Below are positions 58,645 to 64,000 of a DNA stretch of 64,000 nucleotides, in pieces (the first letter of the stretch is position 1; every line of letters begins with the position of its first letter). The position numbers and the translations under genes are program-made. The notes beneath the pieces were generated by a model. The model had not been told where the DNA came from and did no database searches. It saw nothing but the letters and a program-made list of their open reading frames with translations. Origin of the DNA: Tepidisphaera sp. (lineage in GTDB: Bacteria; Planctomycetota; Phycisphaerae; Phycisphaerales; UBA1924); the NCBI GenBank assembly GCA_050916045.1, contig CP051526.1:1056001-1120000 (forward strand). Direction: 5' to 3'.

Positions 58645-60723
58645 TCAGCTCGTCGGCCCCGCCGCATGATCCGAAAGCACCTGCCCGCGGGCCATCCCAC
58701 GCCCCGTCGCCCGCTTCAGCGACTCGTGCTTCTTCAGCCATTCCGTCACCGCGATCACGAACGTCGCGTGGCTCCACGTCAACGGCGACACAGAGATCGG
58801 AGCGCCCGTGTACGGGTGATACTGCTCCGCCAGCACGCCCGACTCCGCCGCCCGGTACGTCGTCCAGTTGATGAGGTCCATCGCTTCGCGAAGCTCATCC
58901 GCCGTCGTCGCCACCGCCGTCAGCCACTGCGCCTGCCAAAGCGTGCAGATGATCCACGGATTGCCCGGCACCGCGTCCGTCGTGTCCTTCTCGACCTGGT
59001 GGTAATAGTCGCGCTCGTACCGAGCGCACCCGCCGATCGCCGTCCTCACGCTCAGCTTCTGCCGAAGCTGGATCATCTCGCTCCGCATCCGCGGATCGTG
59101 CGGCTCCAGCGCGCCGAACGCAAAGAGCGCGAAGTTCGCCGAGTCCGCCGTCATGTCAAGCACGTACGGCGACCCCGCCACGCCCACCGCCGGCCCGACA
59201 CCCACGCCCCCCGCGCCCGCCGACGCCGCCGGCCGCGCCATCCGGCAAAACCGCTCGTACTCCCCGTGCCACATGTGCTTCTTCAGCGCCGAACGCATCT
59301 TGACCGCACCCTCGCGGAAGACTGCTTCCCGGTCGTACTCGCCGAAATCCCGCGCGAAGTCCGCTGCGGCCACCAGCGCCCCGATCGTCGCCGCGACCGT
59401 GAACGTGTGGATCCCGCGCCGCTCCTCCCACAGGTCCCACGACTGCTGCGGCAGCCCGTTCGCGTCCCGATACTTCAGCATCCACTCCGCCGGCCGCACG
59501 ATCAGCGCGTTGTAAAGCGGCTTGATGAACTCAACGTCCCGGAACGTCTCAAAGTGCCGCCGCAGCGCCCACGTCACCAGCGCCGTCTCGTCCTGCTGGA
59601 TCGGCAGAATCCGCTGTCCGTCGATCATCCACGGATGCCAGCTGCTCGCAAGCTGCCCCGCCGGCGTGTACTTGTGCAGGAAGTACCCCTCCTCCTCGAT
59701 GATGTCCGCGCAGTACCGGAAGAAGTTTCGCGAAAGCTCGCTCTGCCCCGCAAGCACCAGCGCGTACGCCACCATCGCCCCGTCACGCGGCCAGCAGTAC
59801 GAATAGTGATCTCCCGCGAACTGCTGGATGTCGCTGTCGTTGGCCGCGATGATCGCCCCGTGGTTGTCGATCTGCGTCCGCATCACAAGCTGGCTTCGGT
59901 AGAAAAGATCCCGCACCGGCGACGGCAGCACGCTCACGTCAAGCGGCTCCTTCGTCGCCCAAAGCTTCCAGTACGCCTCCGTCCGCGCCACCATCCGCGG
60001 TGCGCCCTTCTGCTGCACCCGCGCGTTCCGCGTCTTCACCTCCGAATAGCTCCGGCCGACCACAAGCCACGCGTGGAACGACGACTCGCCCCCCGCCGGA
60101 ACGTCCAGGTGCACGCCCACCGTCGCGTCCACCGACCCCTGGCTGATCGCGTTGCGACCAAGCTTCCCATCCTCCGCGTCCCGCCACGTCCCCTCCGCAC
60201 CGCCGATCCGCTTGGTGCCGATCGCCCACTCGTCGATCCCGCACTTGTTCGGGTCGCACATGTTGAACAGGAAGTAGATGTCGTCCTTGTAAAAGACCAT
60301 GCTCGCCGTCGCCGGGTCGTAGTTCGCCGTGTCGCCCACCGGATTGCCGCGGATCGAAAGATCCCAGTGGAAAAACACCCGCACATCCCGAGGCTTGCCC
60401 GTCAGGTCCCGCACATTCACCACCCGGAAGTACACCGGCTCGTGAAAGTCCACCGCATCCTCGCACTTGATCTCAAGCCCGAGTTCCTCGTGCACCAGCG
60501 TGACGTCCGTCACAAGCGTGTCCGGCTTGTACTTCAGCACCCGCTTCCAGCCCGGATCCTCCATCCACGCGATCCGCCCGTCGGCCCAGATGCCAAACCG
60601 CTGGATCGCACCCTCCGTGTGGTTGTACCACCCGACGTGCGGGAAGTAGATGTCACGCACCCGGTAGAGGTGATCGAAGGTGATGAGGAGGTCGCCGTTG
60701 CCGACGGGAATGTCGCGGGGCAT
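58645..60723 (-). CDS. Glycoside hydrolase family 15 protein
   Basis: YSYCWPRDG, QQDETA, DLWEER, LAEQ, SPLTWSHA. Confidence 0.92.
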   Translation of the reverse strand: MPRDIPVGNGDLLITFDHLYRVRDIYFPHVGWYNHTEGAIQRFGIWADGRIAWMEDPGWKRVLKYKPDTLVTDVTLVHEELGLEIKCEDAVDFHEPVYFRVVNVRDLTGKPRDVRVFFHWDLSIRGNPVGDTANYDPATASMVFYKDDIYFLFNMCDPNKCGIDEWAIGTKRIGGAEGTWRDAEDGKLGRNAISQGSVDATVGVHLDVPAGGESSFHAWLVVGRSYSEVKTRNARVQQKGAPRMVARTEAYWKLWATKEPLDVSVLPSPVRDLFYRSQLVMRTQIDNHGAIIAANDSDIQQFAGDHYSYCWPRDGAMVAYALVLAGQSELSRNFFRYCADIIEEEGYFLHKYTPAGQLASSWHPWMIDGQRILPIQQDETALVTWALRRHFETFRDVEFIKPLYNALIVRPAEWMLKYRDANGLPQQSWDLWEERRGIHTFTVAATIGALVAAADFARDFGEYDREAVFREGAVKMRSALKKHMWHGEYERFCRMARPAASAGAGGVGVGPAVGVAGSPYVLDMTADSANFALFAFGALEPHDPRMRSEMIQLRQKLSVRTAIGGCARYERDYYHQVEKDTTDAVPGNPWIICTLWQAQWLTAVATTADELREAMDLINWTTYRAAESGVLAEQYHPYTGAPISVSPLTWSHATFVIAVTEWLKKHESLKRATGRGMARGQVLSDHAAGPTS

Positions 60724-60857
60724 GGGGGGTCTTCCGTGGTCTCAAGCTCAATCCGCCAAAGGTCTGGTCCTCCGACGTCCGGGGAGAATATCGGGCTTTG
60801 CCGCGCCGTTCGTCACCCCGAGCGCACGAACCACGCGATTTTTCCGCGCCCCTCGCC

Positions 60858-61163
60858 CTAGCCGAGCGACGCTTCTGCCTCCGCCGGCGCCTCCGGCGCC
60901 ACCGTCCGCGCCCGCGGGTCCCCGATGTACGTCAGTCGAATCCCGAAATTCTCACCCACCTTCACCGCCGCCCCCGACCCGATCGCACGGTTGTTGATCA
61001 TCAGGTCAAGCTCACCCTCAGCGTCCTTCGCAAGCTCCAGAATCGCTCCTGGCACCAGCCGAAGCACATCCCCAAGCGGAATCTGCCGCGCACCAAGCCG
61101 CACAATCACCGGCACATCAAGCTTCATGATCTGGTTCAGGTTCGGGGACTCGTTGGAAGACAT
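60858..61163 (-). CDS. FliM/FliN (SpoA) family flagellar switch domain protein
   Basis: VPVIVRLG, L.PGAILEL, GAAVKVGENFGIRL. Confidence 0.88.
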   Translation of the reverse strand: MSSNESPNLNQIMKLDVPVIVRLGARQIPLGDVLRLVPGAILELAKDAEGELDLMINNRAIGSGAAVKVGENFGIRLTYIGDPRARTVAPEAPAEAEASLG

Positions 61164-61259
61164 GCACACTCCGGGAAGAAGGCGGGAATCTCTCCCGACC
61201 GCTCCGCAACCGGCGTGCCACCCGCCCTCCGCCCACCCATCCACGTCTCCCCGCGGTTA

Positions 61260-62978
61260 TCAATACCCCGCCGCGTGTCCATCCTTGCGCGATTCCGACG
61301 CCCCGCAGTACACCCCCGTCACCGGGTCCCGAGCAATCGCCTGGTACCCGCCAAAGCTCCACCGGTGCACCGGCTTGATCGTGTGCCCCCGCCGCGTCAG
61401 TTCCGCGACCACCTCCGGAGCGAACCCCGCCTCCAGATTCAGCTCGCCCCCGTCCGCCATCGACTTGACCTCCCCCTGCGGCTCCGTCGACCCGTTGTGA
61501 TGGATCCGCGGCGCATCCCCCGCCTGCTGAAGCGTCATGCCGAAGTCGATCAGGTTGATCACGATCTGCGCATGCCCCTGCGGCTGCATCGCCCCGCCCA
61601 TCACGCCAAAGCTCATCCACGGCTTGCCACCCTTCGTGATGAACGCCGGGATGATCGTGTGAAACGGCCGCTTGCCCGGCTCCAGCACGTTCGGGTGCCC
61701 CGCCTTCGTCGCGAACTGCTCCCCGCGATTCTGAAGCATGAACCCAAGCCCCGCATCGCGCCCACCCGAAGCCCGCGAAGGAACCATCCCGCTCCCCATC
61801 CCCCGATAGTTCGACTGAATCAGCGACACCATCATCCCGGTCGAGTCCGCCGTCGTCAGGTAAATCGTGTCCGCCCCGCTCGGAATCGCTCCCGGCTCCA
61901 CGACCATCGCCGCTTTCGCCATGTCGATCCTCGCCCGCCGCTCCGCCGCATACCCATCACTCAGCAGGTGCTTGAGCGGCGCCTTCACAAACGCCGGATC
62001 CGCGTAGAACCGCGCCCGATCCTCAAACGCAAGCTTCTTCGCTTCGACAAACGCGTGGACATAGTCCGCCGACCCAAACCCCATCGCCTTGAGATCCATG
62101 CCCTCAAGCATCTTCAGGATCTGCAGCGCCGCGATCCCCTGCCCGTTCGGCGGAATCTCCCACACGTCATACCCGCGATAGTTCACGCTCACCGGGTCCA
62201 CCCACTCGCCCCGATGCGCCGCGAAATCCGAAGCCGCCAGCACCCCGCCCTGCGCCTTCATGTACGCTTCGACCACCTGCGGAAGCTCACCCTCGTAAAA
62301 CGCTCCACGTCCCTCCTCCGCGATCCGCGCCAGCGTCTTCGCCAGATTGGGATTGGTCCAGATCTCGCCCCGCGCCGGAGCTTTCCCCGTCCCCGCAACC
62401 GTGAACTGCTCGGCAAATCCCGGCGACTTCTCAAACCGCTTCGCCGAAACCGCCCACGCTTCCGCGATCTCCGGGCTCAGCGGGAAACCCTCCGTCGCGT
62501 ACCGGATCGCCGGCGCAAGCACCGCTTTCATCGGCAGCACGCCAAACTTCCCGTGCAGCGCGAACCACCCATCCACGCACCCCGGCACCGTCACCGGAAG
62601 CGGCCCGTACGAAGGAATCTCCTTCAGCCCGCGCTCCTTGAGAAGCTCAAGCGTCAACCCCTTCGGCGACCGCCCAGACCCGTTATACCCGTGAAGCTTG
62701 CCCGTCTTCGGATCCCACACGATCGCGAAGAGGTCCCCGCCGATCCCACACCCCGTCGGCTCCATCAACCCCAAGCACGCGTTCGCCGCGATCGCCGCAT
62801 CCAGCGCCGACCCCCCGGCCTGCAGGATGTTCACCGCCGCCTGTGTCGCAAGCGGATGGCTCGTCGCCGCCATCCCGTGCACCGCGTACACCTCCGACCG
62901 CGTCGCTTTCGGAAGCGGCGAAGCCGGCTGAACCTGTGCGGACATCGCCATCGCGGCGAGCAATGAAGCGGTAAGCAT
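61260..62978 (-). CDS. ggt: Gamma-glutamyltransferase
   Basis: GIGGDLF, VPGCVDGW, PPNGQG, DTIYL, GKRPFHTIIP, GVMGG.MQPQG, RKDG. Confidence 0.95.
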   Translation of the reverse strand: MLTASLLAAMAMSAQVQPASPLPKATRSEVYAVHGMAATSHPLATQAAVNILQAGGSALDAAIAANACLGLMEPTGCGIGGDLFAIVWDPKTGKLHGYNGSGRSPKGLTLELLKERGLKEIPSYGPLPVTVPGCVDGWFALHGKFGVLPMKAVLAPAIRYATEGFPLSPEIAEAWAVSAKRFEKSPGFAEQFTVAGTGKAPARGEIWTNPNLAKTLARIAEEGRGAFYEGELPQVVEAYMKAQGGVLAASDFAAHRGEWVDPVSVNYRGYDVWEIPPNGQGIAALQILKMLEGMDLKAMGFGSADYVHAFVEAKKLAFEDRARFYADPAFVKAPLKHLLSDGYAAERRARIDMAKAAMVVEPGAIPSGADTIYLTTADSTGMMVSLIQSNYRGMGSGMVPSRASGGRDAGLGFMLQNRGEQFATKAGHPNVLEPGKRPFHTIIPAFITKGGKPWMSFGVMGGAMQPQGHAQIVINLIDFGMTLQQAGDAPRIHHNGSTEPQGEVKSMADGGELNLEAGFAPEVVAELTRRGHTIKPVHRWSFGGYQAIARDPVTGVYCGASESRKDGHAAGY

Positions 62979-63068
62979 GCGACCAGTATACCTGCGCCGC
63001 TGACTTGAACCGCTTCGGGTCAAGCCAGTGGTGGGTGGCCGTGTCGCCCCTCCTCGCCCACCGCACAA

Positions 63069-63794
63069 CTAGACGCGGTGCTTTCTTGTGAGCTTCGGAA
63101 ACTTGGCCCGCATGATCGCGGGATCATCAAAGTCGAATTCCTCGCCCAGCGGGCTGTCCGGCAATTTCGGCCTCGCTCGAGGGCCGCCTTCCGGCGGCCC
63201 GACCCGCTCGTAGACGTCGTACTTCACGTACGCGAACTCTTCGAACGTCACTCCATGGTCCGTCAGGGACTCCGGAACTTCCGCGAGCGAATCCGGTTCC
63301 GCCAATGCTCGTTCGAAAATGGATCTGCCGCACGAGATGAGCCAGCTGCGAAAATCGATGAAGCCGTCGTCGCCGCACCCGCCGTCCATGATGTACGCCG
63401 CGGCCCACAGGTCCCAGCGGTACGCGCTCATATGGACCGTGTCGAACTGCGCGGAGAACGCATCCAACTCATCCGCCGAGAGCTTCATCAACTCGCTCTT
63501 CAGCGCCGTCATGATGTCCGCCCGATCGATCCGACCGTCCGCTCGGGCAGCCGCGATAATGGACCAAAACCTCTCCTCAGGCATCGGCGGAGCCGGGTTC
63601 GGCGACTTCCACGAAGCCTCTTTGGCTTTGGCACGGTCAAACTTTGGATTCTCCCCCGAGCCGGAACGCGAATTCGCGTCAACCGGACCCGATCCACCTT
63701 TCGGCACGTTCGAGGTGCCCGCCCGATCCTGATTGTCACAGCCGCCAGCGGCGCCCAAGCAAGCGAGAAGCAGCAACGAAGGCACTCGACGCAT
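63069..63794 (-). CDS. DUF4240-like protein with lipoprotein leader
   Basis: AGGC lipobox; EERFWSII, LWAAAYIMDGGCGDDGFIDFRSWLI, PDSLA, FPKL. Confidence 0.85.
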   Translation of the reverse strand: MRRVPSLLLLACLGAAGGCDNQDRAGTSNVPKGGSGPVDANSRSGSGENPKFDRAKAKEASWKSPNPAPPMPEERFWSIIAAARADGRIDRADIMTALKSELMKLSADELDAFSAQFDTVHMSAYRWDLWAAAYIMDGGCGDDGFIDFRSWLISCGRSIFERALAEPDSLAEVPESLTDHGVTFEEFAYVKYDVYERVGPPEGGPRARPKLPDSPLGEEFDFDDPAIMRAKFPKLTRKHRV

Positions 63795-63895
63795 ACCGAT
63801 CTCCTGGGTCAGGTTGGCGCCAAGTGTACAAAGTGTCGTGGATCCCCATCAAGCGGCGGGTGAATTCCCTCGGGCATGCGACCCGGTCCGGAGTA

Positions 63896-64000
63896 TCAAC
63901 GTGTCGCCGCCTGACCCCTGCCGGCGATCATCGCCGCGAGCTCATCCATGATCCTGCCCTGCTCGACCGCGATCTCGCCGACGACCTTCTCCGCTTCGAC
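63896..64000 (-). CDS. 3' end of a gene entering from beyond the window
   Basis: VEAEKVVGEIAVEQGRIMDELAAMIAGRGQAATR-stop. Confidence 0.5.
   Translation of the reverse strand, partial: VEAEKVVGEIAVEQGRIMDELAAMIAGRGQAATR

Noticed and set aside
63896..64000. C-terminus of a type I restriction-modification M subunit
   Set aside because: Only 34 residues of generic amphipathic helix are visible, which is insufficient.

Overview
This is a high-GC bacterial chromosomal window, most likely from Planctomycetota, order Phycisphaerales. That assignment is inferred from five secreted proteins with 'GC-type dockerin' C-termini, two prepilin/H-X9-DG (DUF1559-like) genes and three membrane proteins with CxxC zinc ribbons. 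Housekeeping genes (rpiA, pyrG, sucC, miaA, folC, ggt, RluA, cyclophilin, Nif3, orphan FliN) are mixed with secreted peptidases and repeat proteins. I see no rRNA, tRNA, CRISPR array, transposase, integrase or reverse transcriptase. The most unusual structure is a module present twice in opposite orientation. Each copy is an array of about 9 units with an exact 21-nt period and internal palindromes (27154-27342; 33475-33684), lying about 190-330 nt upstream of one of two paralogous ~230-aa genes (27669-28376 +; 32592-33287 -). The proteins look cytoplasmic, with a helical region, a Pro linker, an FnIII-like region and ssrA-like ends (KMAA, RLAA). Next to the first array, two compositionally atypical orphan genes are each followed by a copy of a double-hairpin element. 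Many genes have a TANNNT box 5-7 nt before the start codon with no SD, suggesting widespread leaderless transcripts. Start codons were re-chosen by eye, and product calls rest on motif recognition only, with no database searches.
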